Below are positions 34,090 through 47,259 of a DNA stretch of 64,000 nucleotides, in pieces. The stretch covers positions 15,445,653 through 15,509,652 of the forward strand of contig NC_134028.1 in the NCBI RefSeq assembly GCF_964204645.1, written 5' to 3'. The notes under the pieces were generated by a model, which made no database searches, was not told where the DNA came from, and saw nothing but the letters and a program-made list of their open reading frames with translations. The position numbers and the translations under genes are program-made. This stretch comes from Tubulanus polymorphus. Its lineage: Eukaryota; Animalia; Nemertea. How positions within the stretch are numbered: the stretch's first letter is position 1; each line of letters starts with the position of its first letter.

Positions 34090-34690
34090 TTATTTTAGTT
34101 AATTTTTGTTCTGATTCATTTTCTGTTTCGACGTTTGGTTGTAGTACATCTGTTTCGTTCTTACCTGATTTATATTCCATAGGTTTGATGTTCGAAAATG
34201 TTATGACGCCAGTAGAAATTAATGTCATAACCGATCCTAATTGAAATGAAGCATATCCAACCCATTTTTGTAATTCAGTCATAACTAAGTAGTCATTTTT
34301 CAAATCACTATATAATTTATTTTCATCATCAATTGGTACATCAACTGGTTACATAATTTTGAATAACATTTGATAATACCATAACTTATAGAGTCGTTTA
34401 TTCGGGCTAATCTTGCCTCTTCATGAATCTTAAAATATTTTATTACTTTATCGGGTTTCATAGCATCTACTTGAAAAGTAATAGTCTTAGTTAAAAATTG
34501 TTTAAACTTTCCGCTAGCAATCAATAGTTCAATATGGTGTTTACAATATAAGTAGTATTCATAATATATATTGTTATTAACTTGAATATTATTTTCAATT
34601 TTGGTTTTTAATATCCTTATTATCACTAATACCTAAATCATCTAATGTTTTTTCAATATCAATACTATTCTTACTCGATTTCTTTGACAT
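34082..34690 (-). pseudogene. ~200-aa protein, frameshifted
   Basis: Fragments are colinear with copies A and C. Confidence 0.7.
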
Positions 34691-34941
34691 TTATATTAGA
34701 GAAATTTAATAAAAAAAATATTATAAGTATTATAAAATGATACCAGTATCTCTTTAGATTAATACTAGCTTAGTTAAAGGTAAATAATTTTAGTATTAGT
34801 TATTGTTTTTTTAGTATTTTTTATTTGTGATATAAAGTATTCTTTTTTGAAAAGAAAATATTAAAAAACAAATAAATAACTAATACTAGCTAGTTGAAGA
34901 TATGTAATTTTTAATACTTTTTATTTAAAATCTATTATTCT

Positions 34942-35609
34942 TTAACCACTCATTAAAGATTCAACGTATTGTTCATTATTTGGATTATTGTTCCATTGAT
35001 CAATAAATTTCTTTGCCTTTGTTAACTGTTCTAAATATAACTGTAAATCTAGTTCATTAGATTTAATTATATTTTCCTTCTTTTCTAAAGGTCTTAAATT
35101 CTTCCAATTCCAAATAAGTTTTTATTGTATTCATCATTCATGTTAAATTTAGAAATCGGCAACACGTGATCAATATGAAAGTATTCACCATAATTATCTA
35201 TATTCATTTTATCATCGAATTGATATATTATCCATGATTTGAGAAATTCATCTGTACAACCTAATAAATTAGATAGTGTTTCTGAATGTGTTTCTTTGTT
35301 GAATAATTGTGTTAATCTAGATCTTAAACATTGTTTCAATCTAAAATTAAGATCTGTTTGATATCTTTCTCTCATATATTCTGCCATATAATAATTATAA
35401 TGTTCTATATTATCTTCTCGGTATTGTTTGGTATATAGTTTAAAACAAGTTTTACAGCAATATTGAAAACCATCTTTGCTAATCTTACGCTTATTAAATT
35501 CTGTTATAGCTAATTTATCTATTTCACATTTAGAACACTTCTTGTAGTATATATTTATGACACCAGTGTTATTTGTAATGTTTATAGTTTGTGGTTGTTC
35601 TGGTTCCAT
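34942..35609 (-). CDS. Zn-ribbon plus HNH endonuclease (frameshift near 35120)
   Basis: Paralog of 18760-19431. Confidence 0.78.
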
Positions 35610-35630
35610 TTATTATACATAATTTTTTAC

Positions 35631-36004
35631 TAAATTGATTTTAGAAGTTCAATGATTTATATCATGTATTATTTCAATCACACTTTACTAACACTTTTAA
35701 TGTTTAAAAATCTAACTCATACAAATATGAATATTGAAATAATGTTGTAAATATATTCTTTCATATTGAATAATCTGTCAATTTAAATGTTATTCATTTA
35801 CATGAATATTTTAAGAGTAATAGGGATAATAGGCTTTCAGGTTAAAGGTTGAAGGGGCGAGTGAGTAAAAAATGAAAATAACAATAATTTACAGTTGAAT
35901 TAGGAGTGTGCGCGACTAATTCAACTGTAAATTATTGTTATTTTCATTTTTTTACGCGCTCGACCCTTCGACCTTTGATCTGAAAGCCCATTACCCCTAT
36001 TACT
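35631..36004. repeat. Right TIR of copy B ending in a 189-bp hairpin (35816-36004)
   Basis: agtaatagggataataggctttcag ... ctgaaagcccattacccctattact. Confidence 0.92.
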
Positions 36005-36312
36005 GAGCGGGTTTTAATTTTCATAAAAAAGTGACGATGATGCTTTGTCGATGCGGGCGAGCGCATTTTACTTATTATTATTATTATTATTTTTATTAGG
36101 TACTTTTTGATGACGCGGGCGGCATTTGACTTTTTTGAGAAACTACGGTATTTCTTTGTGTGGCCTTAGGTGTCCGGCTCATTTTGCAATTATCTCGGCA
36201 ATTTGGTAAGTGGAATAGAACTTAATTCTGTTTTATTCTATTTGGCTATGCAGCACGTGCTTTGGTCGGGGAAGCACGTGCTTTTGTTTACAAATACATA
36301 TGTTCGATTACG

Positions 36313-36484
36313 TATTACGTGACGTCATCGGAAAATGCTCATTATGCAGAAGGTGGTCTCGCTCTATCTGAAATATCCTCGACCCGACGGTTGAGGGATC
36401 CGCCATTTTACGTATTAGGTGACGTCATCGGAAAATGCTCATTATGCAGAAGGTGGCCTCACTCTATCTGAAATATCCTCGACC
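36313..36484. repeat. Short direct repeat (~70 bp x2)
   Basis: gtgacgtcatcggaaaatgctcattatgcagaaggtgg...tctatctgaaatatcctcgacc occurs twice. Confidence 0.8.
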
Positions 36485-36553
36485 GATTAATGGCAGGGTT
36501 TCGTGCCGTGGGCAATCTCGATTGCATCAGGTTCGAATCCCTGCCGGGGAGGA

Positions 36554-36753
36554 TGTTGACAGCCGCGATCAGCTGAGCTCTCCACTTGTTGGTTTCTTCG
36601 TCAATACCCCGCTTCGGAAATGCGACATATCCGATCCCTTCACCCTTTGTTTTTTCATAGAAGTTAGAACATCCAGGAATACAGCAGTTGCGACCGCCCT
36701 TATAGGCATTTTAAAGTAGCCTACGAATTAGCTATAATCGAAGACAAAGCACA
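36554..36753 (-). pseudogene. Inverted fragment of the THAP exon of the P element
   Basis: Reverse complement of ~38996-39190. Confidence 0.85.
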
Positions 36754-37359
36754 TAGGCCTATAGTTAGTTCCCTAATCGTTGGTGGTAAGCTTTTGCACA
36801 TGTGGCATGATAAGACAAGGGGACCTAGACGGATTCATATAAAACTTCCAAGACGAAACGACAATTTTTATTTTTGATGGTTTTCCAACCTATATTTCAA
36901 ATCTTCGTGTTTTCGATAGATAATTAAATAATAAATTCTGGTAAAAGAAAAATGTGAATAAGTGTTGATTTCTTAATATTTTTCAATTTCGTCGTTTCGC
37001 TTAATTAGATTGTGCTGTTTTCCTGGCTACAGTCCACAGGTGCCAGCACCTCCAGTAATTTTCAAAATGGCAGCTGTTGACTCGACGGAAATTTACTCTC
37101 ACTTTACGGCCGATTTGCACATGGATTAAGATCGTCAGGTGAGGTGTTATAGGTATCAGACAAACTACGAATCTGTTGTGCGTCGATTACAACAACAATT
37201 AGACGGATATATTAAGAGACAATGAAATGCCAGGCAAATTACTCGTCAGTCAAATTGGCTGACGAAGATTTCATACAAAAACGACCTTCCCATTCCTGAC
37301 TGTGGTTTGTGAAAATATCCGATCGTGAAACTAAACCACAGACAGGTTACTGACTAATA

Positions 37360-37549
37360 GCGGTTCCTGAACTTCGCTGAAAAAGCTGAAACGCTGAAAT
37401 GCCGAAAAGAAAACGCTGAAATTTCAGGGAATTTCCGAAAAACGCTTAAATTTCAGGGAATTCGCGAAAAACGCTGAAATCGTGCTACGAACCGACAATA
37501 CACGTTTTCAATTTTTTTCCGGGCCGGGACCGCTGCCGAGTCCTGAACC
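37360..37549. repeat. ~200-bp dispersed repeat (MITE-like); second copy at 44619-44818
   Basis: gcggttcctgaacttcgctgaaaaagctgaaa...gagtcctgaacc with internal aaaaacgctgaaat sub-repeats. Confidence 0.8.
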
Positions 37550-38059
37550 TTTGCTTTAGTCTCTACCTAATTTTTGGTTAAAGAGACATGCATATGTTAT
37601 AAATCATTTGACAGAAATCGAAAAAATGTTTGAAAATTGCACGGAAATCAAAGAATTCTGGTCGAAATTATAAAATCCCAATGATGATTTGTAACAGCAG
37701 TTGTTTTTCATACTATATAGATTTTTTAATGTATTATATTTACCCGAATTGCATTTTTCTATTATTCTATGTTCAGCCGTTGTTAATGGTTACAGTGACA
37801 GATGTTGTATTATACTTAATTGATTTCCGCATTCCGCGCATACCTTACCGCTCACTAAATGAGCGGCTTGGAATGTTGAAATCGATACTGACTGTAGAAT
37901 AAAATACATGTGTTTATGAAATAGTAATTCCACCCGGCGTTTTCGTTGAATTGATTTTCAGTTTGAGGATTTATTATCTAGGATCCGAAATGACTTATCT
38001 GGACAGTTATAGTTACCACTCCTATAGATAGACCAAAGTAGTGAGATATTGAATCCTAA

Positions 38060-38186
38060 TTCAAATAAAAAATATTTAAAAAACAATAACTTCAACTAGC
38101 CATTATTTTTATTTAATTTTTTTCAAAATCTAATATTTCTTTTCAAAAGGAGAATACTTTATATCACAAATACAAAATATTAAACA
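38060..38186 (-). mobile_element. Detached piece of Polinton copy C (intergenic region next to HNH gene)
   Basis: Reverse complement of A ~18627-18745. The homology resumes at ~55775. Confidence 0.75.
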
Positions 38187-39035
38187 AGAGGCCCATGGGC
38201 CTTGAAGCATTGGTAGATTATACTGTGGTATTAAGTGGTTATAATGTTTTACATCTCCCGGCAAATCTTCTATGACGATGTTGATTGGGAGGACCACAGA
38301 CTTAAAGGTCTATTTGTCTAGTACGATTTTATTCCTGAAAATGAATTTATTTTCTGCCGAACGATTTAGCCTAGGCTATTTGTACTGTTAAACCTCATTA
38401 ATGCGATTCTGTTAAAAAGACGAAACTAGTTTATTCTGATGTTTTCCATCATGTCCCAGCCAAGATATTTAGCCTATATCAATCAAGATTTGGATACAAA
38501 AACCCATTTTTACGCATGAACTGTTAGGCCCCACTGAATAATGAAAACAAAAACAGAACGATTTTTCTGAATGCAATTGCAAGACCCTCTGATCTTAGAG
38601 CTCCAAGCTCTGATGCATGTACGCATGCAAAACGTCGCAGAGAGCGATGCCGGCGTTGGTGTCACTGAGGCCGGCTGATGATTGTTTGTTTGTCTTTTTG
38701 TTTGTTTGGCTTTACGTACGTCGTTTGGATCTTGGTTTCCCAAGACTATTCCTATTGGATTGTTCATTATCCTCACGTAGGTACGGCCTTTGAAGTGTTG
38801 CCCGCACACAGTTCGCAGCCAGCAGGACTCGAACCCACTTGTCACTCAGCATTGATAGTGGATTCAACCATAGAACTATAACGGAAGGGAAGGCCGACTC
38901 CTTAAAAATCCGCTAGGCACCGCTAGTAATCTTGTGTTTTTTGCAGCGCCATCACCGGTGGCGATACGCGTCAACTGCATTCCAGCGCTAGATCCATGTG
39001 CTTTGTCTTCGATTATAGCTAATTCGTACTTTAAA

Positions 39036-42000
39036 ATGCCTAAGGGCGGTCGCAACTGCTGTATTCCTGGATGTTCTAACTATTATGAAAAAACAAAGGG
39101 TGAAGGGATTGGATATGTCGCATTTCCGAAGCGTGGTATTGACGAAGAAACCAACAAGTGGAGAGCTCAGCTGATCGCGGCTGTCAACAGGGCCTATAAA
39201 AATTTCAATCCAAATGTTCAGCATATATGCACTTATCATTTTGAAAAAAAGTGTTTGCTTTTTCACGGTAGGTCTATAAAATAGCGATGTCCTCATCCAA
39301 AAAGTCCACGATAGCTTAAAATACATCCATCCATCCGATCTTTGCTTGTTTTTTTTAAATAAATTTCAATTCAATTCAATGAGGTTATTGCATTGCATGA
39401 CCAGTTTAGGCCTATAGACACATACGCTTTGGCTAAAGGAAGCCTACCACCATATGGTTTAACCTTAGTCATTTCATAATCTCTACTAGCCTAATTCATA
39501 GTTTTTCATCAGGCGTAAGTTATAAACTGGCAAAAGGTAGTCTTCCAACTTTATTTATGCCAAGGAAAAGTATAGACACTCCAAAATCCACCCGCAAATA
39601 ACCAGTATGTCGAAGTTTGTGTATGTTTTTGGCATTGCTCATTGGCTGAGTTCGTTCTATGAATGCTTTTTTTTTGTTCTAGTATCGTTTCTAATTTTAC
39701 CTGTTGTGAATTTTTCACCTTGTTCTGTATGTTTATTTATGATTCCGTTTTTCATGAGATTCCTAGTGTTGATTACTTACTTACAAATACGGCCTTACTA
39801 AGGATGGGGACCAGGTAATTCCGATAGCAACAAGTTTGTTATGGAAAGAAGCCTAAGTAATTATTAGTGGTATTTGCGAAGTAGAAAATAAATAAGTTTC
39901 TGATTATTTTTCCTTTTCCTTGAGTTCTTGATGTCCCTACATAAATGCTAGCCCTATAGAGTTAGTATTGAGTAGGCCTGTTAAATTGGATATTGAGAGA
40001 TATTACTTTTTGTTTCAAATTCAGCTTGAACGACCAGCTCCATCTGTCAGAGAAATCGTGGCTTATTATACCTTCGACGAACTCCTCCATGATTCGAAAA
40101 AAGTAACTCAGCCCTGGGTGGTTTTAAAGTCCAATGAGAAACTCTTGGCACTGGGATTTGTGGACGACCGTTTTGAAATTTTGATGAAAGTCATCTTCAA
40201 AGATAGTTTCATTCCAGAATTATTCAGAGAAGGTGAGTTAAGTTCTATGGTTTAAACTCATAATTCTATAATGACCCTATCATGATAGTATTCAAACATC
40301 GTTCTTATATTTCTAATTTTAAAATGCAGGACGTCTCTTAAATGAGAGTTTTGATGCCGAAAAGATTAAATTAGCTTCAATTCTCAAGCTGCTCGATGAA
40401 AAGAAATGGTGCACTGGTTCTGAACCTCGCTCTAAAAACTGCTTTTTAACTGTTGCAGATGTATCTAATGGTGTATATCAGTCTTTTTATCATAATATCC
40501 TCTAACACCGTTTTCTTCACATATTTATATCAGAAATATGTTATTTTCTTATTTAGATCAATGTAAATCGTGTTCGGCCGCAGATGAAGCTGAGAAAAGA
40601 AAACAAATCGATGGTATTAAGTAAGAAAACTCCATTGTCTTTTATTCCACACACTCTTCTTGTCCAAGAGGTGCGATCTGTACGGTTGAAGTGCAAGGAA
40701 CAAGAATCACAACTGAAAATCATTAGAGACAAACTCGAGAAAGAAAATGTTCCCATAGCTGATGAGGTTCAGGTAAAATATTTTTCTTATAGATATAAGC
40801 CGTGTTCACACGACAAATAGTTAGACCGGTCGAAATGGATCCGCACCAGTCCAAATTTGGACTGGACCAAATCTGATTGTGCGTTCACACGAATTGCTAA
40901 CGAGTTTAATACAATTTAATTTATACCGCAGAGTACGTTTTAGCCCGGACCTGGTACCAGTTTCTGTCCACAAATACAGAGATTTAGTCCGGTCCAAAAT
41001 TTGGACCTGGTCGCTCTTTTAGACTGTGCCAAATTAGACCAGTCTAAAATGGACCGGACCAGAATTTTTCGTGTGAACGCTTGGTCCCGTCTAAATATCA
41101 TCGTCTGAACGTGCCTATAGAACTATACATTTCGTGTATGGTTCAATGTTTCAGGTCACTAAATATCACATCTAATTTCAGGAAGGGTTGGGTCAGATTT
41201 TAGAAGCTAATACAATTGATAGCCCATTCTTGCAGCTATTTTGGGACGAACAAAAAAAAAGCATCTTCACGTGATCCTAGGGGCATGAGATGGCATCCTA
41301 TGATGATAAGGTGAGCATTAGTGTGAAAATACCGTAGTGAATTTTTGTCAATATTCATGATATAAAATAATTTCTTTTAAAGTTTTGCAATATATCTTCA
41401 TTATCAGAGCCCGAGAGCATATGATGCATTGAGGAATACTGGTGTCCTCCAACTGCCGAATAAATCAACTTTGAAAGATTACACCAGTTTCTTTCAACCA
41501 AAAGAGGGGTTTCAACCCCATGTATTTCAGGTACAGTTTCTCGGGCTTGTTAAAATGTCACATTTCTTTACCAGGCCTAAGATAAAATTTGGTTTTATAT
41601 GCAGGAAATTAAGCCTTTAGTCCAGGATCTCCCGGCTGAAAAATGCTATGGAGTTCTTTTACATGATGAGATGTCAGTCAGGGGAGACTTAGTGTATGAC
41701 AGAAGAGGTAGTGAAATTGTAGGATTTGTCAATCCAGAAACATGGAATTTCGATAAGGTATTGAGTGAAATTTACAACATCAAATTTTCAATTCACATTT
41801 TGAAATCTGTTTTTTTTTTCATTTTGTAGAATCAGTCAGCAACAGATCTTGCCAATCATGTATTGGTCTTCATGGTAGTTGGTATCAACAACAATATTAA
41901 AAAGTCTCTTGGATACTTTGCTACGAAGACAGCAACATCTGATGTTTTGTATCCCTTACTATGGGAAGCTATTTTCTATCTGGAAGAACAGGGCTTAAAG

Positions 42001-43710
42001 GTAAATAATCTAACCATGGAATGGTATTAAACTTTGCGATAATTTATCATGAGTAATACATGAAGTTAAGTTTGTCATAGGTTATATCAAGTACTTCAGA
42101 CAAGGCATCCCCAAATCAACGCTTGTACCGTATACATGCGGATGGAAGTAACCTTGTTAGTGAGACTGTCAACTGGATGTCAGTAGAAAAACGCCCGTTG
42201 TTTTTCATTTCTGATCCTCCTCATCTGATGAAAACCATCAGAAACAACTTAGAGAAATCCAAGCCAGGTGGTACCAGATGTCTTTGGGTAAATATATTAC
42301 CAATTGAATTTTTAAACGACCTTGCTCTGGCACGGATCCAGAGGGGGGGTTTGTGGGGTCAGAACCCCCTCCCCTCTTCTGACCAAGTGCCCTTTTGAAA
42401 ATCACATGTGAAAAATTCCACCCAACATTTATCTATGACAAGAGTCTACAGTACTTTTTAAAGCTGTAATATGCACTAAAATTTTCTGGGGGAGGATCTC
42501 CAGACCTCCCTACAAGGGCATTTCTAAGAAAGAAAGTACAGATTATGATTCTTGTTTTTTACAGAGCAATGGTCAACATCTTTGGTGGAGTAGTATTTAC
42601 AACGTGTATCGAGAAGACAGTACTAATCAGCTCAGAATGACAAAATTGAGAGATGAGCACGCACGGCTTACACCAGCAGCCAGAATGTCAGTTAGACTTG
42701 CAGTGCAGGTGGGTAATTGTTGCCACGCCAGATTTAGTAAACGTAGATGTAGAATAATCAGGATCTACGTAGTTCCACGAAAGAATTTAATTCAAACTTT
42801 TTCATGAAATTGACACCAGGTCCCTTAAAGTCACCATTAAATGATATCTCTCCAATTTTAGGTCCTTAGTCGTTCAGTTGGACTAGTTCTCCAACAGTAT
42901 GGTGGTCCTGATGTTATTGAACTCTCAAAGTTTATTGTGATGTCCGACCGGTTCTTTGACTGCTTAAATGTGAGATCTTTCAATGAACATATCAACAAAA
43001 GAAAACCAGACTTGGCCCCATATCGAAGACTTGATGATGAGCGTTTCCAAGTGAGACAAATTTGAACAAAAATTCCTGAATTGTGGTACCGCTTTAAAAA
43101 TTGTGATGATAATCTATATTTTCCAGTTCCTTGAATCCTACCTGGAATACCTTGATCTATGGAAGACTTGAGTTAGTAACAGGGAGGGATTTACCAGGGC
43201 AGAGAAAGAGAAGATGTTTTTGTCAAATCAGACATATGATGGAATTTACACTACGGGTAAGATCATAATAATTCATACTGCAAACATAACTTATAACATG
43301 TCTCCAATGAATTTATTCATTGATTCGTAGTGAAGGGGTATATTGGAGCAGCAAGATTTCTCTTGTCACACAGTGTTCCCTATGTGTTCAGCAACATATT
43401 CTGCCTAGATCCAATAGAAGAGCATTTTGGAAGACACAGGGGACTTGGCAATAGATCTAGGAATCCTTCAGTATATGAATTTGGGTATGTCACACTCCAT
43501 TCCATTTGTATTCAAAACTGTTCTGAATTCACGAAGTACTGGTAAATGTAAACAATTTCTAAATGTTCTAGGCATCAAAACAAGTTACGTATTCAAAGAT
43601 CCCTGGCTTTTAAGTTCCAGCCAAAGGGAAATACTGCTGGAAGAGCTGCAGGTGACAATCGGATAGACGAAATTGATGAAGGGCCTTTGCCAAAAATCAA
43701 AAGACACTGA
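39036..43710 (+). pseudogene. Multi-exon THAP-domain P-element transposase (THAP9-like), with lesions
   Basis: CCIPGC..FP..W..ICTYHF..SLPTLF; RWHP; SPRAYDALR..LP; DEMSV; SDKAS; DPPHLMKTIRNN; MSVRLA; DRFFDCLN; DPIEEHFGRHR. GT/AG introns. Confidence 0.9.
40798..41116. mobile_element. Harbinger-like MITE in a transposase intron
   Basis: Imperfect TIR agccgtgttcacacga / tcgtctgaacgtgcct, flanked by ATA on both sides. Confidence 0.6.
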
Positions 43711-43782
43711 TGTATGTATCTCAAACCAAAAATTTTAATAGCAAAACAAGTATTAAAAAAGCATCGGTACAAATTCTATAAT

Positions 43783-43935
43783 GGGATCATTCATTTATTA
43801 CGTACGGATACAATTTGACTTTTTCAACCTCTCCCTGTACAGAAAATCGGCCATTTTTTCATATAAATTAAGCATTACAGTACGCACTTGCACTTACCCC
43901 TCCCCTCCCCTAATGCGTACGTAATAAATGAATGA
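43783..43935. mobile_element. Small MITE
   Basis: tcattcatttattacgtacg / cgtacgtaataaatgaatga inverted repeat. Confidence 0.6.
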
Positions 43936-44618
43936 AGATATCAGATTCAGAAACATGAGAAAGATATGTTACAAACTGTCCCTTAAGGCTTTCGATTTTC
44001 GCGACAACTTAGTAGCTCTAACCAATTTTTCAACAATGTATCGACATTTTTGATGAGCCCTTACAGCAAAAAACGTGTTGACAAAGCATTTATACAAATT
44101 TTCAATTGATTCTACAGAGGTATCAGATTCAGAAACAAGCTCCAAAAATTTCGTTGCGAGATCAGCATTTTTTTACCAAGTTGCAAAATTCATATTTATT
44201 TACAGATTTCTCTGGTAATTGTCTAAAACATATTTCCATTTCCCTAATTATTTCAAAAAACTCTGTTTTTGGCTTTGTCAGACCACCCCTATTCATAAGA
44301 TCTAAATATCTAGACGTTGCATTATCAGAACTACAGTCATAGGACACCAGGCACTCGGATCTTGTTTTGTATTTCTTCAATAGATACCCTGCTATGTAAA
44401 ATACCACTTCTTCTTCTTTTTCAGTTAAAGGTCCTATGACCTCTGATTTGGAATTTCCCCTTTTTTGGTTTCGATAAACTAAGTAGACACCCCTTTACTA
44501 CTCAGTGTCACTATTTCTTATGTTTGCGCGAACATATTCGGAAAAATCGGGTCTTAAAATACTTTACTCGCACATATCCATAAAAGCTAGTTCATTTTTT
44601 GGCCACTACTCACGGTGT

Positions 44619-44818
44619 GCGGTTCCTGAACTTCGCTGAAAAAGCTGAAACACTGAAAAGCTGAACCGCTGAAATAAAAACGCTGAAATTTCAGGGAATT
44701 TCCGAAAAACGCCGAAATTTCTGGGAATTCCCGAAAAACGCTGAAATCGTGCTAGGTACCGACAATACACGTTTTGAAATGTTTTCCGGGCCGGTGTCCG
44801 CTGACGAGTCCTGAACCG
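44619..44818. repeat. Second copy of the 37360-37549 repeat
   Basis: Direct sequence match. Confidence 0.8.
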
Positions 44819-45929
44819 TGTTTTACGCTCTAGCTTCGGTTACAGAGACATGCCTTAAGGTCGTCGTCATGATCGACTTGATCGATTGCGGATTGCGTGG
44901 ATTGTTAGATGTGTTTTTGCCATAGTTTTATGTGCATATACCGGTACGATCTAACAATGAAGTTATCACTTCATTTGAATAAATTCTTAATTACAGTAAT
45001 ATTAATTCACAATATTTTTTCTTATGTTTGGTGATTTCTTGCAACTTATCATTGCCAAGTCTCATACAAGTAGTAGCTGAATGAAAGTACAGTTAGGCTG
45101 AACCTGATAACCCAAATTAAGTGCTAGCATGGAACTAAAGATTATTTTGATTCTATTTTCGGTGTCATTGAAATTCGTTAATAAAGGTTCAACCGTCATA
45201 GTATACTGTACTTAGCATTGCTACGATTGGGTGCCATATTTCTACAAGGAGGAAGGAGTCTTTAAGTGTCTTTGTTCCCTGGTAGGGTACAGGGTAAAAC
45301 CTGGTTTACTTTCTCTTTCGACTTGCCGGAGACTACTATCTGCAATGTATTGCATGCTTTGATTTGTCTGGCCTATAGGAGTCGAACGATATTTCCCCAT
45401 ACACAGGCTTGGCTTTAGTGTAGATGAAGGCTAGGCACTGCACATTGTGGATTGACTGGAACTCTTAACTCACAAAATTAAACGAGTCAACAAGAAAGAT
45501 CCAATAATTGGACGTTTGTCTAACTATATTATTTAACAGCTTGAAATAATACATAACACATTCTGCAAGAGTACACAAAGGAAATCAGTTCTTACATTAT
45601 AGCAGAATCAATAGTTCGCTTAACTCTGGCTAGAATTCTGGTTCCATTGCTTCATATTCTAATGAAATCCACTAGCATACCTTAGAATATCGCTTAGCTT
45701 AAGACTAAAAATTTGGTACCAGGAAACAGGGAAGAAAAAGTGGATGTACTGTACATCCGCAATTGACTTATTTCTCTCTGGTTGAATCAAGTTATTATTG
45801 AAATAGCATTCGAATAGCCATTTTATTTTTAAAAATTGTGTCGTTCAGCTATCCTGCTGCAAATTTGGCAGTTGAAGTTTACTGGTGCCAGTTGATTTCT
45901 CAGTATCTCAAAAAATTTGCACATTCTAA

Positions 45930-46287
45930 AGCCTAGCGCACATCGACACTGCGATTGGAGACAACTAGTTGCAAGGCAGTTTTCGGCGCATGAGAGGAAC
46001 TGGCTGGATACGATCAGTTGCTTGAATGTGTCGATGTGAGCGAGCTTACGATTGGTAAGCGTCGATCTATCTCCAGTTCCAGCCAGTTGCCCATGTTCTA
46101 CTTTTGAGCAACTGGTTGTACTCAATCGCAGTCATATCCGTCGATGTGCGCGCTCAGGATCTCGACGATCGACATGCGCCATGCAGTTGCTGCAACTGAC
46201 CGGTTGTAACTAGATTTCGATGTGCGCGGGGTAATCGTTCGGTAGCAACAAGTTGTCTCCAATCGCAGTGTCGATGTGCGCTAGGCT
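45930..46287. mobile_element. PIF/Harbinger-type MITE
   Basis: 37-bp perfect TIR agcctagcgcacatcgacactgcgattggagacaact and TAA TSD. Confidence 0.88.
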
Positions 46288-47259
46288 TAAGCCTGAATCT
46301 AAAAATAGAAAAAGGTGCATTTTAGTAGGATATAAAAGAATAGTGGCTTATACACCCTGGACTATATAGCCTATGGGTTGGGCCTATTTTGAAAGCACTG
46401 AGGTCCGAGGGAACAGCACTTAGTAAATAAATACTGAAATTAAACTTACAAAACACCCAGTACTTGAGATGATGTACTTGACAAGAAGTGTCTCCAGCTA
46501 AGCAAATCAACTTTGTCTATGACTCCTCCTTTTATAGATTCAGTAGTAGTCTAAAAATAAGAATCGGTACATTTTTCTAACAGTTGGTATGTCATTTCTT
46601 CAGAAAAAAACTAATTATTATCACGCCACAGCAAATAAATTATTCACAGTTGTTGAATGGTTTGCCCGATTTAGATTAATTGGTTGACGCTAATCAATAT
46701 GACCCATACGTAGGGGCCTACTGTATGCCATTGGCGTCAATTCCATTCCATTCAATTCCACAGTGAATTAAAAAGAAATTAAGTTAGATCCCTTTTGTCC
46801 AAAAGCTGCATCATTTATAAAACTAGCTGTCAAATTTAATTTACCTCCTTCAGAGAATACCATGACATAGTCCGTCGCCCATCAACGTGTTGACAAAAGA
46901 AAAGTTGCTCCATGTTTTATACATGAACGTTCAAATAAGATATTTTGCGTCTTGCAGGGAATATTGAGCATAGTGTTTGAGTTGGCTTGCACGGTTTGTG
47001 AATGGGTTTTCCTCATTATGCTGCCTGTATGCATTAAAAATCCGGATTTCAAGCGAATTAATTTGTCCAACAAGTGGCAAAAGGTAGAAAGTTTCTAATG
47101 TCCGATCGACAGTACCGGTAGCGCCGCTACTTAGCAATAATAAGAACTAATGTTATTGACGATGTTTTGTTAAGTGGAAAGACGCCGAGTACCAGTATAT
47201 ATCCGATAGGTTCAAATCCCCAATTTCTTCGGGATGATTTGATTTTAAAATAGCGATCG

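Larger units (their letters stand above)
20452..36004 (+). mobile_element. Polinton/Maverick copy B, full length (15,553 bp)
   Basis: AGT...ACT termini, 6-bp TSD GAGCGG (20446-20451 and 36005-36010) and TIRs of ~0.4 kb. Confidence 0.97.
20036..36166. mobile_element. MITE (~0.57 kb net, GCGGGCG-rich) that both Polintons inserted into; pieces 20036-20451 and 36005-36166
   Basis: cacaaagaaatacc (20036-20049) is the reverse complement of ggtatttctttgtg (36147-36160). gcgggcg motifs occur on both sides of copy B. Confidence 0.65.

Noticed and set aside
36490-36550. tRNA at ggttcgaatccc
   Set aside because: Only a B-box-like motif is present; no cloverleaf could be built.
38820-38868. Functional tRNA gene
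   Set aside because: The A and B boxes lead into a non-tRNA body with a (CAAA)n tail and are split by the P element, so it is a SINE.
39036-43710. Domesticated host THAP9 gene
   Set aside because: It is enclosed by perfect TIRs and a TSD and carries lesions.
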